64,000 nt of DNA from an uncultured Nitrososphaerales archaeon. Lineage in GTDB: Archaea > Thermoproteota > Nitrososphaeria > Nitrososphaerales > Nitrososphaeraceae. Below the pieces are notes generated by a model, which did no database searches, had not been told where the DNA came from, and saw nothing but the letters and a program-made list of their open reading frames with translations. The DNA is taken from NCBI GenBank assembly GCA_963709405.1, contig CAVPXM010000021.1, positions 192,001-256,000 on the forward strand. Direction: 5' to 3'. This document shows, one piece after another, positions 1 to 10,267 of this stretch. Made by a program: the position numbers and the translations under genes. Each line of letters opens with the position of its first letter. Within the stretch, counting starts at the first letter, position 1.

Positions 1-386
1 ATTGAAATATTAGGTTGAGTATTATGCAGAATATGTGCACGTGATTACAACTTATAGCAGAACTCAACAGATATTATCCAGAACACGAAGATAGTCGAAA
101 ATAATGATTTCTAGTGGAATGTTTAGGATCCGTTCTAACAATATCTTCAGAGGCCGATAGTACAACGAGTAAAATTCTAATAGTTTACGACTGACCCTTA
201 CTGGTCATAACAAAGCTTGGAGGACAAGAAATAGGAATTAGTTCACCTATCTCATAAATGCTATCATACCATGATTATTCAGTAGATAGATACAGGTATT
301 TGATCAGTCCTGAAATTATCTTGAGATTAACTGATCTGACGCTCTAGTGTGTGTATATTATATTCCAATGAGTTCTGCATTCAAGT

Positions 387-1115
387 TTAAGAAATACTAG
401 GCAGAAATTTTCCTGTCTCGACCACATTGCCGTACAAGCTGCTAAAGTTGGTATAAAACACCTGGCAGTATTTTCTAAGATTGCCAATATTTAAATCCAA
501 ATCGCCAGATATTTCATCGTGATTCATTCGTAATTCACGAATCTCCTGATCGTATTGCAGAGACCATCTTTTTATCATATCGCCGGTTACTTCAATGTGA
601 AATTGGATGCCTATGGCTGTACCTATTTTGAATGCTTGAACGTAGTGCTCAGAGGATGCGAGGATGTTGGTATTAGTTGGGAGTTCAAATGTGTCCCCGT
701 GCCATTGAAATACCTTTAGTCTATCTCTACTTATCCCATAAAAAAATTCACTCTTACCTGTTTCGGTAAGCTGAAGGTCAAACCAGCCTATCTCTTTATG
801 ATTTCCCTTATAGACTCTTCCTCCTAGTGCAGAGGCTATGAGTTGTGATCCTAAACATACACCTAAGATCGGGATATGCTTATGGACTGCGTCTTTTATA
901 AGAAACTTCTCCAATTCGAGAAATTCTAGGTCCTCATAAGCCGACATAGGCCCACCTAGGATTATTATTGCTTCGTATTTGTTTGGATCTATTTGAAGAG
1001 CTTGTTTTGTTGCTAGTAACTCTTCAATTTCGTACCCGTCGGCCAGCAATAATGGCCTGAGCATTCCAAGAGTTTCACATTCGATATTTTGAATTGACAG
1101 TATTTTCCCAGTCAC
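387..1115 (-). CDS. Type 1 glutamine amidotransferase (GMP-synthase GATase-like, stand-alone)
   Basis: GGPMS, nucleophile elbow GVCLG, QWHGD and QFHIE (Cys-His-Glu triad). Confidence 0.85.
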   Translation of the reverse strand: MTGKILSIQNIECETLGMLRPLLLADGYEIEELLATKQALQIDPNKYEAIIILGGPMSAYEDLEFLELEKFLIKDAVHKHIPILGVCLGSQLIASALGGRVYKGNHKEIGWFDLQLTETGKSEFFYGISRDRLKVFQWHGDTFELPTNTNILASSEHYVQAFKIGTAIGIQFHIEVTGDMIKRWSLQYDQEIRELRMNHDEISGDLDLNIGNLRKYCQVFYTNFSSLYGNVVETGKFLPSIS

Positions 1116-1484
1116 TCGAATGCATTCACAATTCAGCGTGGTAGGGCAATCGCTTATGTGTTTATCTCAGAATCAAAGATATCTATAACCAGTCGTTTGA
1201 ATATTAGGATCGGAGGATGCAAATTCAACAAAATGACAATGGATACAATATTATTATGAAGGAATATTATGAGTCCAAGATGTGAGCAATTTTATGTATA
1301 TATTTCAGCTGGGCGAGAATTATTCTTTTAAGAGATCTTTTTGTTAGTTTTTAATTCACATATCTCCTTTATGTCTTATCTGTTCGACATCAATCTGGCT
1401 TGAGACGAATCCTCATCTTTGTTTCAGTATCTATGTCGTCGACTTTTGAATATAATATGAAATTTGGGTTTGGGTAATTATGAG

Positions 1485-1916
1485 CTATATTTCTAACGGC
1501 TTGAGCGAATAAATAGATTGTTTATTATCATGAACTGGTTTGTAGAATGACTGTTGCGACACTGCTTGCAATGGAAGATTGGGTTGGTAAGATGACGGTT
1601 GCAGTTTGTATGAATCGTAATTATTATAATTCTTATTAGAATTGCAACTATTATTATAAGTTTCATGGAAATAATTGGGATAGGCGGCATTATTATTATA
1701 ATCCTGAGTTTTTTTATTGTTGTTCTTTCTAAATAATAAAGGATCAGTTGGCTCAGTGAATCTACCATTTTGCCTACCAATCATATATTCAAACGGTCTG
1801 ACGATCATACTGTTCCCAGCGTGAAGATTTTTGTTGTGTCTGCTAGCCGTTGACCTTCTTGTAAAACCGTCGCCACATATTGTACATACCCATCTATGTT
1901 CACTAGTCATATACAT
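1485..1916 (-). CDS. Hypothetical protein with N-terminal C2H2-type zinc finger and Asn-rich low-complexity tail (possibly truncated)
   Basis: WVCTICGDGFTRRSTASRHNKNLH = C-x2-C-x12-H-x4-H. Confidence 0.5.
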   Translation of the reverse strand: MYMTSEHRWVCTICGDGFTRRSTASRHNKNLHAGNSMIVRPFEYMIGRQNGRFTEPTDPLLFRKNNNKKTQDYNNNAAYPNYFHETYNNSCNSNKNYNNYDSYKLQPSSYQPNLPLQAVSQQSFYKPVHDNKQSIYSLKPLEI

Positions 1917-2375
1917 TATAATTTAGCATAGTCTGTCTTTAAATAGAAAATAATAATATCAACAGGGTGCCACACTGCGTAGCACTGGGAAACCGCGTCC
2001 ATAGATATAAATTGTGAATGCTGGATTCTGTGGTGAACCTCTTACATTTGATGTGTAACAATTACGTACTTCAATAAATCAAGAACTTGTGGAAATCAGA
2101 GCCATAATATGAATAGGTGAGCATTTATTACCACAAGGGCTTTGAACACATATTGATATTTAGACATCGCGATCTATACTCTCTTTACAATAATTAGGAC
2201 ATAATTACTAATTCTGTCTTGCTTCATTATTCTTTTGCTGATAGTCAATTTTACATAAAACTTCGGCATTATCCAACCATAATAGTTTTGTTGAAATTCA
2301 TGAATAATATGCATTATTGTGACAATTACCTAGTGTATTAGTAAACAATAAGTATCTAGGCTTGCAATTCTTGCT

Positions 2376-3251
2376 ATGGAATTTTTTGATACAAGCATAG
2401 TAGAACATATTGAGATGAAAATGATCAGGCCATCTCAGTACGCGGTAAGGAATAAATTTCAAAAAATTTCACCAGAAGATGATACTCTAGTTGCAAGTAT
2501 ACGAGAACATGGATTACTTCAGCCTATCCTGATTAGACCGTTTGCACAAGGTTTTGAGATTGTAGCTGGACACAGAAGATTTCAAGCTTGCAGGTCACTC
2601 CGGTGTCGTTTTATACCATGCAAGATACGTGAAATGTCTGACAAGGATGCTTACGAGATTCAGCTTACAGAAAACATGCAACGCAAAGCTATGGATGCGA
2701 TCGAGGAGGCCGAAGCATTCAGAAGATATGTAGTTGACTTTGGCTGGGGTGGCGTGAGTGAACTTGCAAGGAAAATAGGAATGAGTGAGGAATATGTTTC
2801 ACACAGGATTCAATTATTAAAATTGCCAGAAAATGTCAAGGAACAAATTGCTATGAGCAGGTTAAATGTAAGCTGCGCGATAGAACTTTCAAACATTCCT
2901 CAGGATGCACAATCCGAGGTTATTGAACACGTGACTAACAATAATTTGACAGTGAGGCAATTAAGGGAAATCAAGTCTCGCTTAAAGAATAGGGCTGGTC
3001 CACTAGATCTAGAGTCGTCGAATAATCTCAAAAAATCTATACGAATTTTGAAAGTTACAAAAAAGACAATGTTGGCGCTAAAGATCATGCTCGCCAGATT
3101 AGACAGTCTTATAGACGAGATACATGAAACAATAGAACCTGCTCAAAGAGGTGAAATTATTAATTTTTTGATGGAAACCAGATTGAAGGTTCATGGTATG
3201 ATTGATGATGCGATAAGGTTTAGAAACTCAAAATCGAAGGTGAGGGGATGA
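2376..3251 (+). CDS. ParB/RepB/Spo0J-family protein
   Basis: SIREHGLLQPILIRP, IVAGHRRFQA (ParB box II), ENMQR, then an HTH (ELARKIGMSEEYVSHRIQLL). Confidence 0.85.
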   Translation: MEFFDTSIVEHIEMKMIRPSQYAVRNKFQKISPEDDTLVASIREHGLLQPILIRPFAQGFEIVAGHRRFQACRSLRCRFIPCKIREMSDKDAYEIQLTENMQRKAMDAIEEAEAFRRYVVDFGWGGVSELARKIGMSEEYVSHRIQLLKLPENVKEQIAMSRLNVSCAIELSNIPQDAQSEVIEHVTNNNLTVRQLREIKSRLKNRAGPLDLESSNNLKKSIRILKVTKKTMLALKIMLARLDSLIDEIHETIEPAQRGEIINFLMETRLKVHGMIDDAIRFRNSKSKVRG

Positions 3252-3296
3252 TGGGTGGTTGTCTATGTCGAAAATCCAGATGTGGTAAGTCCTAGA

Positions 3297-3842
3297 CTAC
3301 CTGCCAAGAAATGGAGGGATCCATTCGGCTAAAAACTTTTGGTACTCATTGATGGTATGAGTAAGTGCATGAATTGATAACTCCTTCATAGGTACGAAGT
3401 CATATACTTCGTACGACTGAATAATATCTCCAAAAAGATTTCTGTATATATCACTTTCTTCATCAGCAATCTCTTCATTCAAAAAGCATTGAATAGTTAT
3501 CCAGTCATACCCTCCTCTTGTTCGTCCACAATACAGGATGAATGGTGCATCAGCAAGGTATTTTTTTAGACCTTCTAGTCGCTTGGGAAGATGTTGAGAT
3601 ATCTTAAATCGTACAAGTGCAACTCTTATAATTCTACGTGTCACCTTCTTCGTATCGATTGAAATTGTATACCGTGAGATCACTCTTTCCTCTTCTAGTT
3701 TAGTGATTCTAGAATCGATCTCATCTTCGCTCAAATTATAGCCATGATCTCTGAGATAATCCCAAATCTCTGCAGTATCTTGTCTCGAATTCTTACTTAG
3801 GGTAGAAAGAATTAACTCATCAACAACGTCAATCATGAACAT
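3297..3842 (-). CDS. Lrp/AsnC-family transcriptional regulator
   Basis: N-terminal DVVDELILSTLSKNSR wHTH, RITKLEEERVISRYTISID, C-terminal RAM-like domain (RTRGGYDW). Confidence 0.8.
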   Translation of the reverse strand: MFMIDVVDELILSTLSKNSRQDTAEIWDYLRDHGYNLSEDEIDSRITKLEEERVISRYTISIDTKKVTRRIIRVALVRFKISQHLPKRLEGLKKYLADAPFILYCGRTRGGYDWITIQCFLNEEIADEESDIYRNLFGDIIQSYEVYDFVPMKELSIHALTHTINEYQKFLAEWIPPFLGR

Positions 3843-3949
3843 CAGTGTATTACCAATCTAGTTTAAAGAGACTTTATGATTTTTAGATTATAAAATAGGA
3901 CAGGGAATACTGGATCCAACTGACGCGTACCGCGGTAAGTTGCATTTCG

Positions 3950-3961
3950 GTAGAACTCTAC
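3950..3961. promoter_or_regulatory. Candidate operator core GTAGA-NN-TCTAC in the divergent Lrp/dur3 intergenic region
   Basis: GTAGAACTCTAC inverted repeat; same core as the sites at 5327 and 7582. Confidence 0.35.
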
Positions 3962-4037
3962 ATATCTTAATTATTTCAATACATCGAGTCGTTCTAAGTC
4001 TATATTTAAATACATGAAAATCGTTGCTGAGTTAACA

Positions 4038-4899
4038 TTGGCTCCTATACTCTCAGAAGGTAAGGGTACGGGATACTTTTTGGAGTTGGCTTAGTGATGG
4101 CAATCGTGGTAACATTGTTAGTAAGGGCAGAGAGCAAATGGCTTGGGACCAAGAAGACTTTTGAATGGTTCTATGCTGGAGGAAGATATGTCAAGAGTGG
4201 CCTAATAGCCGCCTCTGTCGTCTCATCTTGGACATGGACTGCTACCCTTCTTCAATCATCAAGTGTTGCTTACCAATTTGGCATAAGTGGACCGTTTTGG
4301 TATGCTGCCGGCGCAAGCATTCAGATACTATTGTTTGCGATATTAGCAATAGAACTGAAAAGAAGAGCGCCTTCGTCTCACACTTTTCCAGAAATAATTT
4401 ATCATCGTTTTAAGAAAAATGCCCATATAGTTTTCCTATCCTTTGGGCTTATGACAAATACCATTGTGACTGCAATGCTTATTTTGGGTGGAGCGAGCTG
4501 TAATAAATTCACTCACAGGAATCAACATCTATGTTGCGGCGTTCCTCATGCCAGTAGGGGTTATTATATACACGTTTTTCGGTGGTTTAAAAGCAACATT
4601 TTTTTGCTGAATATCTGAACACCGCGTTCATTTTTGGGGTAATATTGATTTTTGTAACCGTGATTTATTTTACAAATGAAGAAATTGGTGGTGTGGCAGG
4701 CCTTTACAACAAGCTTACAAACGCAGCGTCCATCAGACCGGTAAGTGGAAATTCTGGAGGCGCGTTCCTTACCATTGCATCTTCTGGAGCATTAGTTTTT
4801 GGAATTATAAATATAGTCGGAAATTTTGGTACTGTATTTGTAGATCAGGCTTATTGGCAGAAGGCTATTGCTGGAAGACCTAAAGCAGCGGTAAGCTAA
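4038..4899 (+). pseudogene. dur3: Urea active transporter (sodium:solute symporter, Dur3-like), frameshifted and truncated
   Basis: [44 protein letters not shown] and GNFGTVFVDQAYWQKAIA lie in successive frames; stops at 4899, well short of a full SSS transporter. Confidence 0.8.
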
Positions 4900-4901
4900 G
4901 A

Positions 4902-5021
4902 AATCACGTTGACATGATCATAATGGGCACAAGAGGATTAGGCAATGCGACATTAGATCTGGGTTCTATTAGCGGTAAGGTAGTAGGCAGGTCGTCAATA
5001 CCAGTCCTATTAATAAAATAA
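4902..5021 (+). pseudogene. C-terminal fragment of a universal stress protein (USP) domain
   Basis: Manual translation NHVDMIIMGTRGLGNATLDLGSISGKVVGRSSIPVLLIK*, the typical USP C-terminal motif; abuts the dur3 break point. Confidence 0.7.
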
Positions 5022-5231
5022 TTGGATTGCCACAATAGCACATTTGGCTGTTGTTTGAGAGTAAATAGAAATAGATTCAATCCCTACGCCTTGTGACCTT
5101 TAATAGATGTAGGAGGGCCGTCTCTATTATTTTGTTGCTCTGCTATCATTTTAGCTACGCACGACGTGCGAAAGAACGTTGACCTGATATACGTCGTTAG
5201 ATATAACTTTGTTATCAATTTACTCGAGTCG

Positions 5232-5261
5232 AAGATAAGATAAGATAAGATAAGATAAGAT
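5232..5261. repeat. Microsatellite (AAGAT)6
   Basis: Six perfect pentamer copies read directly. Confidence 0.95.
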
Positions 5262-5326
5262 GCAGGTGGTTGGAAGTCGGTGTAGCCGAAACATACGTCC
5301 CATTCGAGGTCCTGTCTTCACTTTCA

Positions 5327-5344
5327 TTAGTAGACGTCGACTAA
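5327..5344. promoter_or_regulatory. Candidate palindromic operator upstream of the urea channel gene
   Basis: TTAGTAGACGTCGACTAA, near-perfect 18-bp palindrome; its reverse complement matches 7582-7599 at 16/18. Confidence 0.55.
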
Positions 5345-5503
5345 GTATTGACTGCTGATCAACTCCATTGGAAGTAGTCAGTTAATACTGTTCCGACTTT
5401 TCCACAAGTAAATATGCGCCAGTTGCCATGTTCTAGTAACACGGTTAATAAATGCGCATAATTTACAAATCGTTAAAATATACCTCTGCAGAAGAAACTT
5501 GAA

Positions 5504-6682
5504 TTGATGGAAGTATTTCACTCGATCATGCCCATAATTACGGCTATTGCACCAATAGTAGGATCGGCTAATTACGCAACAGGAAATCCTTTCTTGGATT
5601 TCTTCTATACCTTGTTTAATGGTATTTCTGAAGTTCCGTTATTTAGTTCGCCAGTTACAGGAATTCTAATCGTTTCAGGAGTCTTTCTTGCATCGAGAAA
5701 GGCAGGAGCAATGATGGTTCTGTCCGGTCTAATCGGAGCCGCAGTGGCCATCATATTGGGTGCGTCCTATACTAATGTTGCCTTTGGCCTGTTTGGTTAC
5801 AACTCAATCTTAACCGGCATGGCATTTTGGTCTGGTCCGTTCGTGAAAGCTAACAAAGCCACATTCTGGCTATCTGTGTTTGGGGCCGCGATTACCGCAG
5901 TAGTGTGGCAGGCATTTGGTCACTGGATGGGTGACATATTCGTTAATGGTGGGCATGGTTGGGCAATACCTGGATTTACATCATCATTCATATTTACTAC
6001 CTGGGCGATGATGTATGCATCGAGAAGGTACGGGCACGATATTTGGCCCGAAATGCCACCGCCAGAAAAGGAAGTGCTGATAAGCGGAAGTGCGAATCCT
6101 GTACCCTCTGCTCCGTTCAAGTGGACAGCCAAGGAATTCATGATGGCAACCTTGAAAGGTGTCTCACAAGTAACATTTGTCGAAAACTGGAAAACAGGTA
6201 TCTTTTGGGTTGTTGGACTAACGCTAGCTTTCGAGCTTGCTCCAATAGTAACAACTGGAACTGGTGTCCAAGTTCGCCCCTGGTGGACGGATGCTTATAC
6301 TGCAGGCTGGAACCCGTTATCACCTCTGTATCTTGGAGGGTTAATGGCACTAATCGGTTCGGCAATCGGAGCAGCTTTAGCTATCCTAACCAAGTTACCT
6401 ACTGGAGAAATAAGGATAGGTCTACATGGATTTAATCAGGTCTTGGTGATGATTGCACTTACTTCATTCCTTCCCTTGACTCCGCAGACCTTTTTCATGG
6501 CCGTATTGGCCACAGTAACATGTTCAGTTGTGGTCATGCCAGCGCTACAAAGATTCTTTGGGACATGGGGATTACCTGCGCTAACTGGTCCGTTCGTGTT
6601 CACGGCCTGGGTTTGGATGATTGCGACAGCTGGATTCATGCATATCCCGGCAGGCATAGGGTGGTCAAGACCTCCATCCTGA
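5504..6682 (+). CDS. Urea transporter, UT family (channel type)
   Basis: Two homologous halves (GISEVPLFSSPVTG / GVSQVTFVENWKTG; GLFGYN / GLHGFN; PALTGPF), hydrophobic, next to urease genes. Confidence 0.85.
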   Translation: MMEVFHSIMPIITAIAPIVGSANYATGNPFLDFFYTLFNGISEVPLFSSPVTGILIVSGVFLASRKAGAMMVLSGLIGAAVAIILGASYTNVAFGLFGYNSILTGMAFWSGPFVKANKATFWLSVFGAAITAVVWQAFGHWMGDIFVNGGHGWAIPGFTSSFIFTTWAMMYASRRYGHDIWPEMPPPEKEVLISGSANPVPSAPFKWTAKEFMMATLKGVSQVTFVENWKTGIFWVVGLTLAFELAPIVTTGTGVQVRPWWTDAYTAGWNPLSPLYLGGLMALIGSAIGAALAILTKLPTGEIRIGLHGFNQVLVMIALTSFLPLTPQTFFMAVLATVTCSVVVMPALQRFFGTWGLPALTGPFVFTAWVWMIATAGFMHIPAGIGWSRPPS

Positions 6683-6986
6683 TAAACGAATCATAGTCTT
6701 ATCAGTCTCAAAGTTAAACACTTTTGGTGTTCAGAACCTATATCAAGCTGAGTCAAGGTATGTGCATTCTAGAGATGTATGCTAAATACTAACAAGCTAA
6801 CCCTGCTTGGAGAAAAGTACATTTAGCTCTCATCTATTAGCTTTCAAACTATTTAATTTTCGTATCCCCGGAAGGAAGTTATAATGACAATCGCAATAAT
6901 AAAGTCAATATACTTCAGTATAAGTCAGTAGTAATAATCAAACATATATTTAGATAATCTAGATCCAAATAATATGGTGCACCTTT

Positions 6987-7574
6987 GTGAAACCTGAACA
7001 GTTTAGCCAATTTCTAGGATATGCCAAGGATATTCTAGTCGGCAAATCTGATTCGGAAAAGGTCATGATACTTATTGACTGGTGTAAACATCATGATATC
7101 GAAGAAACGATCCTGAGATTAAGTTCTGAAACCAAAGGTGGCTGGGGAAAGAATCTTCGTCTAGATTTTACGACGAGCAGAATAATTGTCAGCCGAAAAA
7201 GCATACTAAGAAAATTCGTAGATCTGGGTTACGTCGCTGGAATGGCTCCATATCCATTTTTACTTTTAAAAAATAAAGTAAGGGAATCGGACTTCAGATC
7301 AAACTCATGTGTTATCAATCCACAGGCATTGCTAGAAGACGATCCTTCGAATTTTTGCATCGAATATTCCAAAATAGACAATTTTCTATTAAGAAGAGGA
7401 TTGGAAACGACTGTTACGAATATGCTCGGTAGGATGATACAATCAAACTTCATCACAATCAAATCTCAAAATAAAGTCTATAATTTTACTTTGCCAGTCA
7501 ACAAAAATGGAAATTATGAGAAGATTGTATTCTGGCTCAATGTTGTCGTTCCAGTAAGCATATCTACGCATTGA
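6987..7574 (+). CDS. Hypothetical protein, possibly PH-like fold
   Basis: 195-aa intact ORF; LDFTTSRIIV...IEYSKID...ITIKSQNKVYNF pattern resembles prokaryotic PH domains. Confidence 0.6.
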   Translation: MKPEQFSQFLGYAKDILVGKSDSEKVMILIDWCKHHDIEETILRLSSETKGGWGKNLRLDFTTSRIIVSRKSILRKFVDLGYVAGMAPYPFLLLKNKVRESDFRSNSCVINPQALLEDDPSNFCIEYSKIDNFLLRRGLETTVTNMLGRMIQSNFITIKSQNKVYNFTLPVNKNGNYEKIVFWLNVVVPVSISTH

Positions 7575-7581
7575 AGAAAGT

Positions 7582-7599
7582 TTAGTCGACATCTACTGA
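7582..7599. promoter_or_regulatory. Candidate palindromic operator upstream of ureA
   Basis: TTAGTCGACATCTACTGA, about 110 bp upstream of ureA and upstream of a TATA-like CTTAAATA (7666-7673). Confidence 0.55.
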
Positions 7600-7710
7600 T
7601 CAGACTTCACTTCTAGTGTATCCATGAATAAACTACATTTTTGCTACATTTAAACTACTTCTACACTTAAATATTTCAGTTCTGTTCTATAGAATGAGGT
7701 AATAGAAAAA

Positions 7711-8013
7711 TTGATGTTAGCACCAAGGGAAATGGAGAAGATGGTGATTTGGACTGCTGCACAGATTGCAGAAGGACGAAAGAAAAGAGGTATAAAGCTT
7801 AACTATCCTGAAGCCATTGCGTACATCGCAAACTACGTTGTAGAAGGCGCTCGAGAGGGTAAAAGGGTTGCTGATTTGATGAAATCTGCAAGGGAAGTAT
7901 TGAAAAGTGCTGACGTAATGAAGGGCGTTCCGGAGATGATACATACTGTTCAGGTAGAGGCCACGTTTCCAGATGGCACTAAATTGGTCACAGTGCATGA
8001 TCCAGTTCATTAG
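7711..8013 (+). CDS. ureA: Urease gamma subunit
   Basis: [32 protein letters not shown]. Confidence 0.98.
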   Translation: MMLAPREMEKMVIWTAAQIAEGRKKRGIKLNYPEAIAYIANYVVEGAREGKRVADLMKSAREVLKSADVMKGVPEMIHTVQVEATFPDGTKLVTVHDPVH

Positions 8014-8086
8014 GTGATGTGCAATTGGTTAATCGAACAAGCATGAGCACTAAAAAAAACGAATATCAGAGGAGGCTTCTAGGCGA

Positions 8087-8455
8087 ATGATTCCAGGAGA
8101 ATATATTTTATCACAGAGTCCAGTTAATTGCAACGAGAACAAAAAGACAATAAAAATTAATGTCAAGAACGCCGGAGATAGACCTTGTCAGGTTGGTTCA
8201 CATACCCACTTCTTCGAAGTAAATAGAGCGCTTGATTTTCCTAGAGAGAAAGCATTTGGATTCAGGTTGAACATTCCTGCAGGAACTTCTGTAAGATTTG
8301 AGCCAGGTGATGTAAAGGAGGTTGAGTTATGCGAATTAGGAGGATCTCGTGTTGTGCACGGATTCAACGGTCTTGTTATGGGCGGATTAAATTCAACCGT
8401 AGCCAAGAACGTGGCACTGGAAAAGGCGAGGAAACAGGGATTTAGAGGAGCATAA
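8087..8455 (+). CDS. ureB: Urease beta subunit
   Basis: [38 protein letters not shown]. Confidence 0.98.
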   Translation: MIPGEYILSQSPVNCNENKKTIKINVKNAGDRPCQVGSHTHFFEVNRALDFPREKAFGFRLNIPAGTSVRFEPGDVKEVELCELGGSRVVHGFNGLVMGGLNSTVAKNVALEKARKQGFRGA

Positions 8456-8471
8456 GGGGAGAGGATAAATA

Positions 8472-10199
8472 ATGGTTCTCAAACTAACTCGCAAACAGTA
8501 TACAGATTTATTCGGCCCGACAACTGGAGACAAGGTCAGACTGGGAGATTCGGATTTATTGATTGAGATAGAAAAGGATTTCATAACACCAGGAGATGAG
8601 TGTGTCTTTGGCGGTGGGAAGACTATAAGGGATGGCTTGGCACAAACCCCGGGCGTAACTAATGCAAACGGTGCGCTTGATTTTCTAATAACAAATGCCG
8701 TCATCCTTGATCCTGAAATTGGTATTGTAAAAGGAGATATTGGCATAAAGGATGGAAAGATCGCCGGAATTGGCAAGGCAGGCAATCCGAATATTATGGA
8801 TAAGGTGAGTAAGAATATGGTGGTATCAGCTTGCACGGAAGCAACTGCAGGGGAGCATACGATCTGCACGCCAGGGCATTTTGACACTCACGTCCACAAC
8901 ATCTCTCCACAACAATACGTCGACGCTATTAGTGCAGGAATATGCAATATGATAGGTGGAGGTACTGGACCTGCAGATGGGACCAATGCTACCACTTGCA
9001 CACCAGGTGTATTCAACATTAGCCGCATGATGGAATCCGTGGAAGATACACCGATGAACTGGGGATTTCTAGGTAAGGGTAATGATTCACATCCATCTCT
9101 TGCCACGCAGATGGAACAAATAGAAGCAGGGGCCTGCGGGCTAAAAGATCATGAAGATTGGGGGACTACTGCAGCGGTCTTGGACGCATCACTCAGAGCA
9201 GTGGATCTAACAGATACCCAACTAGCTATACATACAGATTCCATTAATGAATGCGGATACGTAGAGGATACCATAAATGCAATTGACGGGCGAACTCTAC
9301 ACACCTACCACACAGAAGGGGCGGGTGGTGGACATGCTCCTGATATTATGAAGATTGCTGGTGAACCTTTCGCATTACCCTCTTCAACCAATCCAACAAG
9401 GCCATATACTGTGAATACCGTAGACGAGCATCTCGATATGCTAATGTTCTGTCATCACTTGAATCCCGCAGTCCCGGAAGATGTGCATTTTGCAGAATCT
9501 CGTATAAGAGCAGAAACAATCGCAGCTGAGGATGTCTTGCATGACGAAGGCGTGTTAAGTATGTATTCATCAGACAGTCAAGCTATGGGTAGAATAGGTG
9601 AAGTTGTGATACGTGCATGGCAGACAGCAGATAAAATGAAGAAAATGAAGGGTAGCCTGAAAGAAGACTCGGAAGGTAACGATAACTTTAGAGCAAAAAG
9701 GTATATTGCAAAAACGACAATAAATCCTGCTACTACACACGGAGTTGCAGACTACTTGGGCTCACTTGAAGTAGGAAAATATGCGGATATCGCTATGTTT
9801 TCAACAGCCTTCTTCCCAGCAAAACCAAAAATGGTCTTTAAAGGAGGGTTTATTGCATGGTCAATAATGGGAGATCCCAACGCTTCGCTTCCAACCCCCG
9901 AACCAGTATTCTACAGACCGATGTTCGGAGCACTAGGAAAAGCTGTGAAGAAAACTTGCTTTACCTTTACGTCAAAGGCGGCAGTAAAACTTGGCGTTCC
10001 AGAAAAATTAGGATTGGAGAAAATAGTCTTACCAGTAAGGAACTGTAGAAGCATTAGCAAAAGAAACATGATGTGGAATGACAAAACTCCCGAAATAACT
10101 ATTGATCCAGAAACCTATGAGGTAAGATTGGATGGCAAGATAGCAACAGTTGATCCGGCAAAAGAGCTCTCTTCTGCGCAAAGGTACTTTATGGCATAA
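8472..10199 (+). CDS. ureC: Urease alpha (catalytic) subunit
   Basis: [45 protein letters not shown] flap, SDSQAMGR. Confidence 0.99.
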   Translation: MVLKLTRKQYTDLFGPTTGDKVRLGDSDLLIEIEKDFITPGDECVFGGGKTIRDGLAQTPGVTNANGALDFLITNAVILDPEIGIVKGDIGIKDGKIAGIGKAGNPNIMDKVSKNMVVSACTEATAGEHTICTPGHFDTHVHNISPQQYVDAISAGICNMIGGGTGPADGTNATTCTPGVFNISRMMESVEDTPMNWGFLGKGNDSHPSLATQMEQIEAGACGLKDHEDWGTTAAVLDASLRAVDLTDTQLAIHTDSINECGYVEDTINAIDGRTLHTYHTEGAGGGHAPDIMKIAGEPFALPSSTNPTRPYTVNTVDEHLDMLMFCHHLNPAVPEDVHFAESRIRAETIAAEDVLHDEGVLSMYSSDSQAMGRIGEVVIRAWQTADKMKKMKGSLKEDSEGNDNFRAKRYIAKTTINPATTHGVADYLGSLEVGKYADIAMFSTAFFPAKPKMVFKGGFIAWSIMGDPNASLPTPEPVFYRPMFGALGKAVKKTCFTFTSKAAVKLGVPEKLGLEKIVLPVRNCRSISKRNMMWNDKTPEITIDPETYEVRLDGKIATVDPAKELSSAQRYFMA

Positions 10200-10267
10200 T
10201 CTAGAATAAGAAAAGCCCCACTTTTTTATTATTAATATTCCCAATATCTTTATTTTGTCTGTTTAAC

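Noticed and set aside
5232-5261. Fungal-type GATAA nitrogen-catabolite elements
   Set aside because: No GATA factor is evident in this archaeal context; kept only as a microsatellite observation.
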